Source of the DNA: Bradyrhizobium sp.
GTDB lineage: Bacteria > Pseudomonadota > Alphaproteobacteria > Rhizobiales > Xanthobacteraceae
Assembly (NCBI GenBank): GCA_036383375.1
Contig: DASVOL010000494.1
Coordinates: 1 to 53,265 of the forward strand
Direction: 5' to 3'
DNA: 53,265 nt
The stretch's first letter is position 1, and every line of letters starts with the position of its first letter. This document shows, piece by piece, positions 43,598 through 51,974 of this stretch. A program made the translations under genes and the position numbers. The notes beneath the pieces are model-generated. The model was not told the origin of the DNA and did no database searches. It saw nothing but the letters and a program-made list of their open reading frames with translations.

Positions 43598-46348
43598 ATG
43601 GCCAACGACGCGAAGCCGGTACAGCAGCGCATCGACCAGTTCTTCTCCGGACCCGGCGGACGCGCCGACAATTGGCGCGATCTGGTTGAGGCGGCAAAGC
43701 GGTGGAGCGGGGGCGGCGACCGTGCCGCGTATGACGCGGCGCTGTCGGCGCTTTCGGTCACGGAGGAGTTTCACGGCTACCCGGGCCTTCGTTTGATGGC
43801 GGCACTGAAGGAAGCCGCGGCGGCGGGTGACGCCGCCACCTCGCATATGCTTGCGACGCGGATCGCGCAGGCCCTTCAGACGAAATCCTTCCGCCAACAT
43901 TCCCACGATTGGAGCACGCAGGACGACGGCAATGGCGACGTTCCGGATCTGCTCCCGCCGACCCTCGGACAATCGGCCGCGCGCCGTCCTTACTTCGAGA
44001 CCCTGATCGTGACCGGGGTGCCGGCCGGCAACTGGCCGGGGCTGCTTTCGGAATGGCGCAGGCTGCGGCGTCCGGTCGACGCCTTCATCTATGAGCCCGT
44101 GGTGGTGGGCAGTCTCGAGGACGCCTTCTGCGCGGCAATGCTGAATCCCAACATTGCGGCCGTGGTCATCAATGAAGGCTTTGGCTTGCGCTCGCGCCAC
44201 GACGCGCCGGTGCTTCGTGCCATGACTGCTGCCATGGGGCTCAACGACGAGTCCGATGCGTCCGCGCTACGGCTGGCCCATATCTTGAAGCGGATCCGTC
44301 CCGAGCTCGATCTCTACCTGATGTCCAATCGCGACGTCGAGGAGTTGGCCGGCAATCCCGAGGCCGATGTGGTACGGCGGGTGTTCTACTCGGTCGAGGA
44401 TATCCTCGAACTGCACCTTTCCATTCTGGAAGGCGTGCAGGATCGCTTCGATACGCCGTTCTTCGACAATCTGAAGAAGTACGCGCAGCGGCCGATCGGA
44501 ACCTTCCACGCGCTACCGATCGCGCGGGGTAAGTCCGTGTTCAAGTCGGACTGGATCCGCGACATGGGCGAGTTCTACGGGCTGAATCTGTTCCTTGCCG
44601 AGAGCAGCGCCACCACCGGCGGCCTCGACAGCATGCTGGAGCCGACCGGCAACATCAAAAAGGCGCAGGAGAAGGCCGCGCGCGCGCTCGGCGCCGATCG
44701 CGTCTACTTCGTGACCAACGGCACCTCGACCTCCAACAAGATGGCGGTGCAGGCGCTACTCGGACCCGGCGACATCGCGATTGTCGATCGGAATTGCCAC
44801 AAGTCGCACCACTACGGCATGGTGCTGGCGGGCGCGCAGCCGCTCTACGTCGAGGCATTCCCGATGACGGAATACTCGATGTACGGCGCGGTGCCTCTGA
44901 AGACGATCAAGCAGGCGCTGCTGAACGCGAAAGCCGATGGCCGGCTCGACCGGGTCAAGATGATCGACCTGACCAATTGTACCTTCGACGGTCACATCTA
45001 CAACACGCGGCGGGTGATGGAGGAATGCCTCGCGATCAAGCCCGACCTGATCTTCCTCTGGGACGAGGCCTGGTTCGGCTTCGCGCGGTTCTCGCCGTTC
45101 CTGCGGCGGCGAACCGCGATGGGCGCGGCCAACGAGATCGAAGCCTGGATGCGCGATCCCAAATCGGTTGCGGCTTACGAGAAGCAGCAGGCCGAGCTCG
45201 GCAAGAACCCCTCGGACGAGGTGCTGCTCAAGACGCGGCTGATTCCCGACCCGCGCCAGATCCGGTTGCGGGTCTACCAGACCAACTCGACGCACAAGTC
45301 GATGTCGGCGATCCGGCAGGGCTCGATGCTGGCCGTCAAGGACATCGAATTCCACACCGTCGAAGCGCAGTTCAAGGAAGCGGTGTTCACGCACGCATCG
45401 ACCAGTCCAAACCAGCAGCTGATTGCGAGCCTCGACGTCTCGCGCCGCCAGATGGAGCTCGAGGGTTACGGACTGGTGGCCAATGCGATGGAGATCGCGT
45501 TCGCCATCCGCAATGCGGTCAACACCAATCCGCTGATTTCCCGGTACTTCCGCGTTCTGGGCGCGGATGCGATGGTGCCGAAGGCCTATCGCCAGAGCGG
45601 GTTCACCGATTATCTGGCGGCTGGGACCAACTGGGCGAGCGCGCTGAAGAGCCTGAACGACGACGAGTTCTGCCTCGATCCGACTCGGATGACGCTGGTC
45701 TGCGGCACCGCCGGCTACGACGGAACGCAGTTCAAGGGCCTGCTCGCCAGCCGCTACAACATCCAGGTCAACAAGACCTCGCGCAATTCGGTCCTGATCC
45801 AGTCCAACATCAACAACACGCGGAGCGACGTCGCGCACCTCGTCCGGGTGCTGGCTGAAATCTCCGGCGAAATCGATCGGGGTCTCGCCAAGGGCGGAGC
45901 GAACGCCAAGGTCGATTTCGACAAGCGGGTCAACAGCCTGATGAAGGACGTGCCCGACCTGCCGAACTTCTCGCATTTCCACGAGACTTACCGTGGCGAT
46001 GCCGGCACAAGGACGAACGAGGGCGACATCCGCAGCGGGTTCTATTCAGCCTATGATGCCGCCGGATGCGAGTACATTCGCCTGCACGATCCCGAGATCG
46101 ACAGGCGCCTGAAGAACGGGCCCGCTCTCGTCTCCGCCAGCTTCGTGATCCCGTATCCGCCGGGCTTCCCGATCATGGTGCCTGGCCAGGTCATCACGCA
46201 GGAGACCATCGATTTCATGCGCAAGCTGGATGTGAAGGAGATCCATGGCTACGACGCCGCCGAAGGCTTGAAGCTCGTGACCACCGACGCGCTGGCCAGG
46301 ATGGGCAAGCCGCGGGCGGCAGCGCCGAAGCTGAAGGCCGCATCATAA
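43598..46348 (+). CDS. Orn/Lys/Arg-family PLP amino acid decarboxylase, long form (916 aa)
   Basis: YFVTNGTSTSNK, DRNCHKSHH, TNCTFDG, WDEAW, STHKS (PLP Lys), STSP, PYPPGFP; AGGAG RBS. Confidence 0.9.
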   Translation: MANDAKPVQQRIDQFFSGPGGRADNWRDLVEAAKRWSGGGDRAAYDAALSALSVTEEFHGYPGLRLMAALKEAAAAGDAATSHMLATRIAQALQTKSFRQHSHDWSTQDDGNGDVPDLLPPTLGQSAARRPYFETLIVTGVPAGNWPGLLSEWRRLRRPVDAFIYEPVVVGSLEDAFCAAMLNPNIAAVVINEGFGLRSRHDAPVLRAMTAAMGLNDESDASALRLAHILKRIRPELDLYLMSNRDVEELAGNPEADVVRRVFYSVEDILELHLSILEGVQDRFDTPFFDNLKKYAQRPIGTFHALPIARGKSVFKSDWIRDMGEFYGLNLFLAESSATTGGLDSMLEPTGNIKKAQEKAARALGADRVYFVTNGTSTSNKMAVQALLGPGDIAIVDRNCHKSHHYGMVLAGAQPLYVEAFPMTEYSMYGAVPLKTIKQALLNAKADGRLDRVKMIDLTNCTFDGHIYNTRRVMEECLAIKPDLIFLWDEAWFGFARFSPFLRRRTAMGAANEIEAWMRDPKSVAAYEKQQAELGKNPSDEVLLKTRLIPDPRQIRLRVYQTNSTHKSMSAIRQGSMLAVKDIEFHTVEAQFKEAVFTHASTSPNQQLIASLDVSRRQMELEGYGLVANAMEIAFAIRNAVNTNPLISRYFRVLGADAMVPKAYRQSGFTDYLAAGTNWASALKSLNDDEFCLDPTRMTLVCGTAGYDGTQFKGLLASRYNIQVNKTSRNSVLIQSNINNTRSDVAHLVRVLAEISGEIDRGLAKGGANAKVDFDKRVNSLMKDVPDLPNFSHFHETYRGDAGTRTNEGDIRSGFYSAYDAAGCEYIRLHDPEIDRRLKNGPALVSASFVIPYPPGFPIMVPGQVITQETIDFMRKLDVKEIHGYDAAEGLKLVTTDALARMGKPRAAAPKLKAAS

Positions 46349-46438
46349 GGGCACGAGGTCTCGCAAGGCGTCTTCGCGTTCTCGCAGCGATGATCCTTGC
46401 ACAACAAGTCGTAACGCAACTGGTTTCTGGAGAGAGTC

Positions 46439-46873
46439 ATGAGGAAAGTTGGTTTGATCGGAGCTCTTGCTGCGGTGGCGATGGGATTGGCCGGCTTCAG
46501 CACGCCATCACTGGCCGAAACCGGCTCGGTCGCCGTCATCTTCACCAAGGGCGGATTCATCGTCGGTGTCGGAGGCGGCGAGGGCGTATTGACCCTGCGC
46601 GGCAAACATTATCCTTTCACCGTGTCGGGGATGAGCGTCGGCTTCACGATCGGCGCCTCGACCACCAAGCTCGTCGGGCGCGCCATCAATCTCAGGGGGC
46701 CTGCCTCGATCGAGGGCTCCTATAGCGCCGCAGGCGCCGGTGGTGCGATCGCCGCGGGCGCCGGCGGCGTGCAATTGCAAAATGCCAATGGCGTGATCCT
46801 GCAGCTCAGCGGCCCGAAAGTCGGCGCCGAGGTCTCGGCCGCCGTGGGCGGCGTCTCGATCCGCTTGAAATAG
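46439..46873 (+). CDS. Secreted Gly-rich beta-type hypothetical protein
   Basis: Signal peptide ..PSLA, GGFIVGVGGGEGVL, LQNANGVILQL; GGAGA RBS. Confidence 0.75.
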   Translation: MRKVGLIGALAAVAMGLAGFSTPSLAETGSVAVIFTKGGFIVGVGGGEGVLTLRGKHYPFTVSGMSVGFTIGASTTKLVGRAINLRGPASIEGSYSAAGAGGAIAAGAGGVQLQNANGVILQLSGPKVGAEVSAAVGGVSIRLK

Positions 46874-46878
46874 GCCTG

Positions 46879-46914
46879 AAGGCCAAGGCCGCGCCCGGCG
46901 CGGCCTTGGCCTTT
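46879..46914. terminator. Bidirectional hairpin terminator
   Basis: AAGGCCAAGGCCGCGC-CCG-GCGCGGCCTTGGCCTT between convergent stops. Confidence 0.8.
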
Positions 46915-47714
46915 CAGTAGCGCTCCTCGACGACCTTCATCGCGCGCAGGCCGGTCTGGTCGTTGTAGCGGCCTTTGTTCGAGCGCTTGGGCAGCTTGAC
47001 CTTGACGCGCTTGACGCGTCCGTGAGGAATTGTCTTGAGCAGGAATGAGATGCAGTTCAGTCGCGCCCGCCGCTTGTCATCGGATCGGATGATGTTCCAG
47101 GGCGCATGCTTCGAGCTCGTCGCCTTGAACATCAGGTCGCGCGCACGTGAGTAGTCATACCAGCGGCGATAGGATTCGGTGTCCATCGGGCTCAGCTTCC
47201 ACTGTCGCAACGGATCGTCGATCCGCGCCCTGAAGCGCCGTTCCTGCTCATCCATCCCGACCTCGAGCCACAGCTTGATCAGGATGATGCCGCCCTCGAT
47301 GATGTATTGCTCCATCTGCGGGCAGAGCGAGAGGAACCGCTTGTGGTCCGCAGGCGTACAGAATCCCATGACATACTCGACGCCCGCGCGATTGTACCAG
47401 CTGCGATCGAAGATCACGATCTCGCCGGCGGCGGGAAACTGCTGCATGTAGCGTTGAATGAAGAGCTGGGACTTCTCACGGTCCGACGGCGCGGGCAGGG
47501 CCACCACGCGAAACACACGTGGGCTGACCTTCTCGGTCAGGGCCTTGATGGTTCCGCCCTTGCCGGCTGCATCGCGCCCCTCGAACAGGATGATGACCCT
47601 GAGCTTGTTCGCGACCACCCAGTCCTGGAGATGGCAGAGCTGGACCTGCAGCTTGTGCAGCTCTTCCTCATACTGTTTGCGCTTCATCTTCTCAGCGGAC
47701 TTGTCTTTCGCCAT
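46914..47714 (-). CDS. ppk2: Polyphosphate kinase 2 (class I)
   Basis: FEGRDAAGKGG, FDRSWYNR, WKLSPMD, DDKRRARLN. Confidence 0.95.
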   Translation of the reverse strand: MAKDKSAEKMKRKQYEEELHKLQVQLCHLQDWVVANKLRVIILFEGRDAAGKGGTIKALTEKVSPRVFRVVALPAPSDREKSQLFIQRYMQQFPAAGEIVIFDRSWYNRAGVEYVMGFCTPADHKRFLSLCPQMEQYIIEGGIILIKLWLEVGMDEQERRFRARIDDPLRQWKLSPMDTESYRRWYDYSRARDLMFKATSSKHAPWNIIRSDDKRRARLNCISFLLKTIPHGRVKRVKVKLPKRSNKGRYNDQTGLRAMKVVEERY

Positions 47715-47740
47715 GGGATACCTGTCCATCGTTCGAGCTG

Positions 47741-48193
47741 TTAGCCCCAGGCAATGGCGATCCCGATGTCGCCAGGTACGCCACCAGGGTAATCCACGAC
47801 CTGGAAGCGGATGCGGTAGCCGCGCGGCTGCAGGTAGTCCGCCCAGAGCTGGTATATTTCCTTCGGTATGCCTGTCAGCGTCCTTTCCCAGCCGGCCTCC
47901 ATCTGATTGATGGCCCGTCCGTTGTCGGTGCACAGCGTGTTGGGGAAGCGGTAGACCTGCACTTCGGTCAGTCCGTTGCGTACTGCGCGCTGAATCACCG
48001 TCGATGCCAGCTTGACCTTCTCGTCCTCGCTGAGCCCGGAGGGTTTGCTCAACCGCTCGATCAAGGCGCGCTTCTCGGCCTCCACGGCAGCCGCACGCTT
48101 GGCATGTTCCTCGGCCTTCCCCGCTTCCTGGAGCGCTGCCTGCTTCTGGATCTCGTGCGCATTAGGGATCAAGTCATCGATCTTGTCTCGCAT
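47741..48193 (-). CDS. Hypothetical cytoplasmic protein
   Basis: 150 aa, AGGAG RBS, 26 nt upstream of ppk2; RFP..LCTDNGRAIN and YPGGVPGD..W motifs. Confidence 0.75.
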   Translation of the reverse strand: MRDKIDDLIPNAHEIQKQAALQEAGKAEEHAKRAAAVEAEKRALIERLSKPSGLSEDEKVKLASTVIQRAVRNGLTEVQVYRFPNTLCTDNGRAINQMEAGWERTLTGIPKEIYQLWADYLQPRGYRIRFQVVDYPGGVPGDIGIAIAWG

Positions 48194-48261
48194 GGCTGGG
48201 GACTCCTAAGCCCGATCTTCCACCGTGCCCCCGAACGGTAGGAGTGAACTGAGCGGCCTCC

Positions 48262-48275
48262 TTGATCCAGATCAA
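48262..48275. promoter_or_regulatory. FixK/FNR box
   Basis: TTGATCCAGATCAA between divergent operons. Confidence 0.8.
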
Positions 48276-48361
48276 GCAAGCGCGATAGGATGATCCGCAG
48301 TGTCGATCAAGATTGCTAGCGGTTTTATTGCAACCGGGAGACTTAGCTTGGGAGACTTGGC

Positions 48362-48805
48362 TTGAACGCGCAGATCCATCCGGCAGCGCCCCATCATCTG
48401 CCGTTTTTCATTCCCGGCGCCGACGGGTCGGATACCCTGATGGTGGTGATGGGCATTTTCCTCGTAGCCACAGTCTTGTGGGTTGGCACTCTCTACTGGA
48501 AGCTGCACAGCCTGCCGGAGCGCATGGCGCACAAGAGCCAGAAGCTTCAATTTGAGATCGTCGCGGTCCTCGGACTGATATCGCTTTTCACCCACATGCA
48601 TATCTTCTGGGTCGCCGGCTTGCTGCTGGCACTCATCGATCTGCCGGATTTCGGCACACCGATGCGCAGCATTGCCGATTCCGTCGAGCGCATTGCCGAC
48701 GCTACGCCGGGCGCGCCCGCTGCCGAACCGGGAGCCGAATCCGCATCAGTCGGCAGTCCCGACGTCCGGACGCCCGCGAAGCAAGAGGTGCACAACCATG
48801 CTTGA
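48362..48805 (+). CDS. Small membrane protein (YiaW/DUF3302-like)
   Basis: LHSLPERMAHK between TM segments; stop overlaps HlyD-family start; TTG start after GGGAGA. Confidence 0.7.
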   Translation: MNAQIHPAAPHHLPFFIPGADGSDTLMVVMGIFLVATVLWVGTLYWKLHSLPERMAHKSQKLQFEIVAVLGLISLFTHMHIFWVAGLLLALIDLPDFGTPMRSIADSVERIADATPGAPAAEPGAESASVGSPDVRTPAKQEVHNHA

Positions 48806-50030
48806 GCTGATGATCTGCTCGCTGGTGACGATCCTGCCGGATTACCTCTTCCGCCGCTATCGGCAAGGCAAGCGGTTCGGCAAGGAGATCACGTTCTTCT
48901 CCGTCTGGTACGAGCTGAGATGGGGGATCACCGGCTGCCTGATGCTCACGATCTCGCTGATCACGATGATCTTCTACTTCCATCCCTCGACAAGCTCCGC
49001 GGCGATCTACTTCAGGACCGTGCCGATCCTGCCCGAAGGGTCCGGCCGCGTCGTCGAGGTCAATGTCAACTTCACCGCGCCGGTGAAGAAAGGCGACGTT
49101 CTGTTCCGGCTCGATAGTTCGAAGCAGGAGGCTGCGTTGGAGACCGCCAAACGAAAGATCGCCGAGGTTGATGCGTCGCTGATCTCGGCGCAGGCCGATG
49201 TCGTCAAGGCGGACGCTCAGATCGGGGAGGCGAAAGCCTCATTGCAGCAGGCCAAGGACGAACTCGATGTGAAGAGCGAATTGCAGCGCCGCAATCCCGG
49301 CATCGTGCCGCAACGCGACATCGAGAAGCTGCAGGTGCTGGTCGATCAACGGCAGTCCGGCGTCGATGCCGCGAACGCCGTCAAGGAATCCGCGACGCTA
49401 CGGGTCTCCACGCTCCTGCCGGCCGAGAAGGCGAGCGCCGAGGCCGCGCAGGCGCAGGCCCAGGTGGATCTCGACAAGACCTTCGTCCGTGCCGGCGTCG
49501 ATGGCCGCGTCGAGCAATTCCTGGTTCGCCCCGGGGACCTCGTCGCTCAGATCATGCGGCCGGCCGGAGTCCTGATACCGGACGAAGCGGGCCGGAACAG
49601 GTTGCAGGCGGGCTTCGGGCAGATCGAGGCCCAGGTGATGAAGCCCGGCATGGTTGCGGAAGCCACGTGTATGTCGAAACCCTGGGTGATCATTCCGCTG
49701 GTCGTCACCAGCGTGCAGGATTTCATCGCCGCCGGTCAGTTTCGGGCCACCGAGACATTGATCGACCCGCAGAACCTGCAAAAGCCGGGTTCGATCCTCG
49801 TGTTTCTTGAGCCGCTCTACAAGGACGGCCTTGATGGCGTGACACCGGGCAGTACTTGCATCGTCAATGCCTACACCAGCAACCATGACGTGATCGCCGA
49901 TCCGAAAACCGGCGTGTTGAAGGGCTTTGCCTTGCATGCCGTCGACGCGACCGCGCTCGTTCATGCACTGCTGCTTCGGATCCAGGCTCTGCTGCTGCCG
50001 ATCCAGACGCTGGTGCTCAGCGGTCACTGA
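48798..50030 (+). CDS. HlyD-family membrane fusion protein (YiaV/YibH-like)
   Basis: N-terminal TM, SGRVVEV..VKKGDVLFRLD, coiled coil, VRAGVDGRV. Confidence 0.85.
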   Translation: MLELMICSLVTILPDYLFRRYRQGKRFGKEITFFSVWYELRWGITGCLMLTISLITMIFYFHPSTSSAAIYFRTVPILPEGSGRVVEVNVNFTAPVKKGDVLFRLDSSKQEAALETAKRKIAEVDASLISAQADVVKADAQIGEAKASLQQAKDELDVKSELQRRNPGIVPQRDIEKLQVLVDQRQSGVDAANAVKESATLRVSTLLPAEKASAEAAQAQAQVDLDKTFVRAGVDGRVEQFLVRPGDLVAQIMRPAGVLIPDEAGRNRLQAGFGQIEAQVMKPGMVAEATCMSKPWVIIPLVVTSVQDFIAAGQFRATETLIDPQNLQKPGSILVFLEPLYKDGLDGVTPGSTCIVNAYTSNHDVIADPKTGVLKGFALHAVDATALVHALLLRIQALLLPIQTLVLSGH

Positions 50031-50054
50031 CGGGCGCGAACAGGGAGACTGCAA

Positions 50055-50468
50055 ATGAAGCCGGACGGCAAGCTTCGTGCGATCGTAGTGGCGGGCATGA
50101 TCTTCGCACTGCCGGATCATGCGCTCGCGTTCGATCTCGCCGGCGCCTGGGCCACGAGCGCGAACCAATGCGGCAAGGTGTTCGCCCGCAAGGGCAGGGC
50201 GAACCAGGTCACGTTCGCGAATTTCTCCGGGGTCTATGGCGGCGGCTTCATCGCAGAGGCCGATCGCCTGAGGGGCAAGTTCGAGAACTGCAAGATCAAA
50301 TCGCGCAAGGATGACAGCAAGGACATCAATATCATCGTGAGCTGCGCTTCGGGGATCATGGTGTCCAACGTGCAGTTCTTCCTCAAGGTCGTCGACGACG
50401 ACACCATCACCCGCGAGTTTCCGGGTATCGAGGGGATGCAGGTCTCCTATCATCGCTGCAAACTCTAG
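50055..50468 (+). CDS. Secreted hypothetical protein with four Cys
   Basis: GGGAGA RBS, signal peptide ..ALA-FDLAGAW. Confidence 0.7.
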   Translation: MKPDGKLRAIVVAGMIFALPDHALAFDLAGAWATSANQCGKVFARKGRANQVTFANFSGVYGGGFIAEADRLRGKFENCKIKSRKDDSKDINIIVSCASGIMVSNVQFFLKVVDDDTITREFPGIEGMQVSYHRCKL

Positions 50469-50507
50469 CGGAATGCAGCCTTTGACCAATATCTGCGGCC
50501 CGATATA

Positions 50508-51887
50508 TTGAGCTCTGTGAAGCAAAATCCGGTCAACGCCGGATTGACCGAGTGGCGCGCCGTGGATCCCAGCAATTTGCCAAGGTCGTTGCGCATCGCC
50601 CTGGTCGCCGGGCTCGTGCTGATGCTCGGGGGCGCCGCTTTGTTGGCCTATCGCTGGTATCTTCGGCCGACAACGCTCACGGTCGCCGTCGGTTCGCTCG
50701 ATGGCGAGGCGAACAAGCTCGTTTCGGCGATCGCCGGCAGGCTCACGGAGTCGAAGGCGACGGTCCGGCTTCGCCTGGTTCAGACCACGGGGCCGCTCGA
50801 GTCTGCCGCTGCGTTCGCGTCCGGAAAGGTCGATCTCGCAGTGGTGCGTGGCGATGTCGGTGACCTGTCACAGGCCCAGGCCGTGATCGTGCTGGCCCAT
50901 GCCGCCGTCCTGATCGTTGCGCCACCTGGGGCTTCGATATCCGACGTGACGGAGCTGAAGCGCACCACGCTCGGCGTGATCGGGTTCGACACCAATCAGA
51001 AGCTGATCAAGGTGTTGTCGGACGAATACGATCTTGCGCGCGCAGGCGTAACGTTCAAGCCGCTTCTGCCCTCGGACGCGCGCCGGGCGCTGGAAACCAA
51101 GGAAGTCCGCGCCATCCTGCTCGTGATTCCCCTGACCGAGAAATATCTGTCCCTTCTGCGGGGCGTTCTCCCGCATACATCGCGAACCGGCCCCGTGATG
51201 ATTGCCATCGAGTCCGCGGGCGCGATTGCTGAAAAAGAGCGAGCCTACGAAAGCTTTGACGTGCCCAAGGGAACATTGCGGGGCTCGCCGCCAATTCCTC
51301 CCGATGACCTGACGACGCTGCGGACTTCGTTTTACCTGGTGGCGCAGAAGAAGCTCGGCAACGACCTGATCGGCGACCTGACCCAGTCGATCATGACCGC
51401 ACGGCACGATCTGCTTGCCGAATTGCCCGGGCTGGCGCAGATCGTGACGCCCGACACCGATGCAGACGCCTACATCCCCGTACACCCGGGCGCCGCCGCG
51501 TTCTACGAGGGGACCCGCGAGAGCTTTCTCGATCAGTGGGGAAATGCGATTTTCCTGGCGCCGATGATCGCGGGCGGGCTTGCGTCCGTGCTTGCAGCGG
51601 CGTGGAAATTTCTCCGGCCGGCCGAGACGCCGAGCCGCCAGGAAGCGCTCGACATGCTTTATGCGCTGGGACCTCGGATCCGGGCGGCCGAGCACGTGCC
51701 CGAGCTGGAAGAGATCGAGCGCGAAATCGACCAGGTGCTGCGGACGCAGCGCAGCCAGCCGGTCGGGGACGACAAGAGCGAGCGTGCCGTCACCGCGGTG
51801 AACGTTGCGGCCCATCGGCTCGAAAGTCTGATCCACGATCGCCGCGCCCACCTGGCGTCGCGGCAAGCGGACCAGGTCGGAAGCTGA
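50508..51887 (+). CDS. TAXI-type solute-binding-domain protein with flanking TM segments
   Basis: GKVDLAVV, IPVHPGAAAFY; N- and C-terminal hydrophobic segments; start uncertain. Confidence 0.75.
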   Translation: MSSVKQNPVNAGLTEWRAVDPSNLPRSLRIALVAGLVLMLGGAALLAYRWYLRPTTLTVAVGSLDGEANKLVSAIAGRLTESKATVRLRLVQTTGPLESAAAFASGKVDLAVVRGDVGDLSQAQAVIVLAHAAVLIVAPPGASISDVTELKRTTLGVIGFDTNQKLIKVLSDEYDLARAGVTFKPLLPSDARRALETKEVRAILLVIPLTEKYLSLLRGVLPHTSRTGPVMIAIESAGAIAEKERAYESFDVPKGTLRGSPPIPPDDLTTLRTSFYLVAQKKLGNDLIGDLTQSIMTARHDLLAELPGLAQIVTPDTDADAYIPVHPGAAAFYEGTRESFLDQWGNAIFLAPMIAGGLASVLAAAWKFLRPAETPSRQEALDMLYALGPRIRAAEHVPELEEIEREIDQVLRTQRSQPVGDDKSERAVTAVNVAAHRLESLIHDRRAHLASRQADQVGS

Positions 51888-51904
51888 GCGAACCGGCGCT
51901 TTCC

Positions 51905-51918
51905 TTGATCTCGATCAA
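51905..51918. promoter_or_regulatory. FixK/FNR box
   Basis: TTGATCTCGATCAA, ~57 nt upstream of DUF3300 ATG. Confidence 0.8.
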
Positions 51919-51974
51919 AGGGCGGACGTGGCCCGTGGCCGATTCTGTCGACCGTCGTGTCAATGGAGGTGGCC

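Noticed and set aside
50482-50495. TTGACCAATATCTG as a ninth FixK box before the TAXI gene
   Set aside because: Second half-site has two mismatches; not counted.
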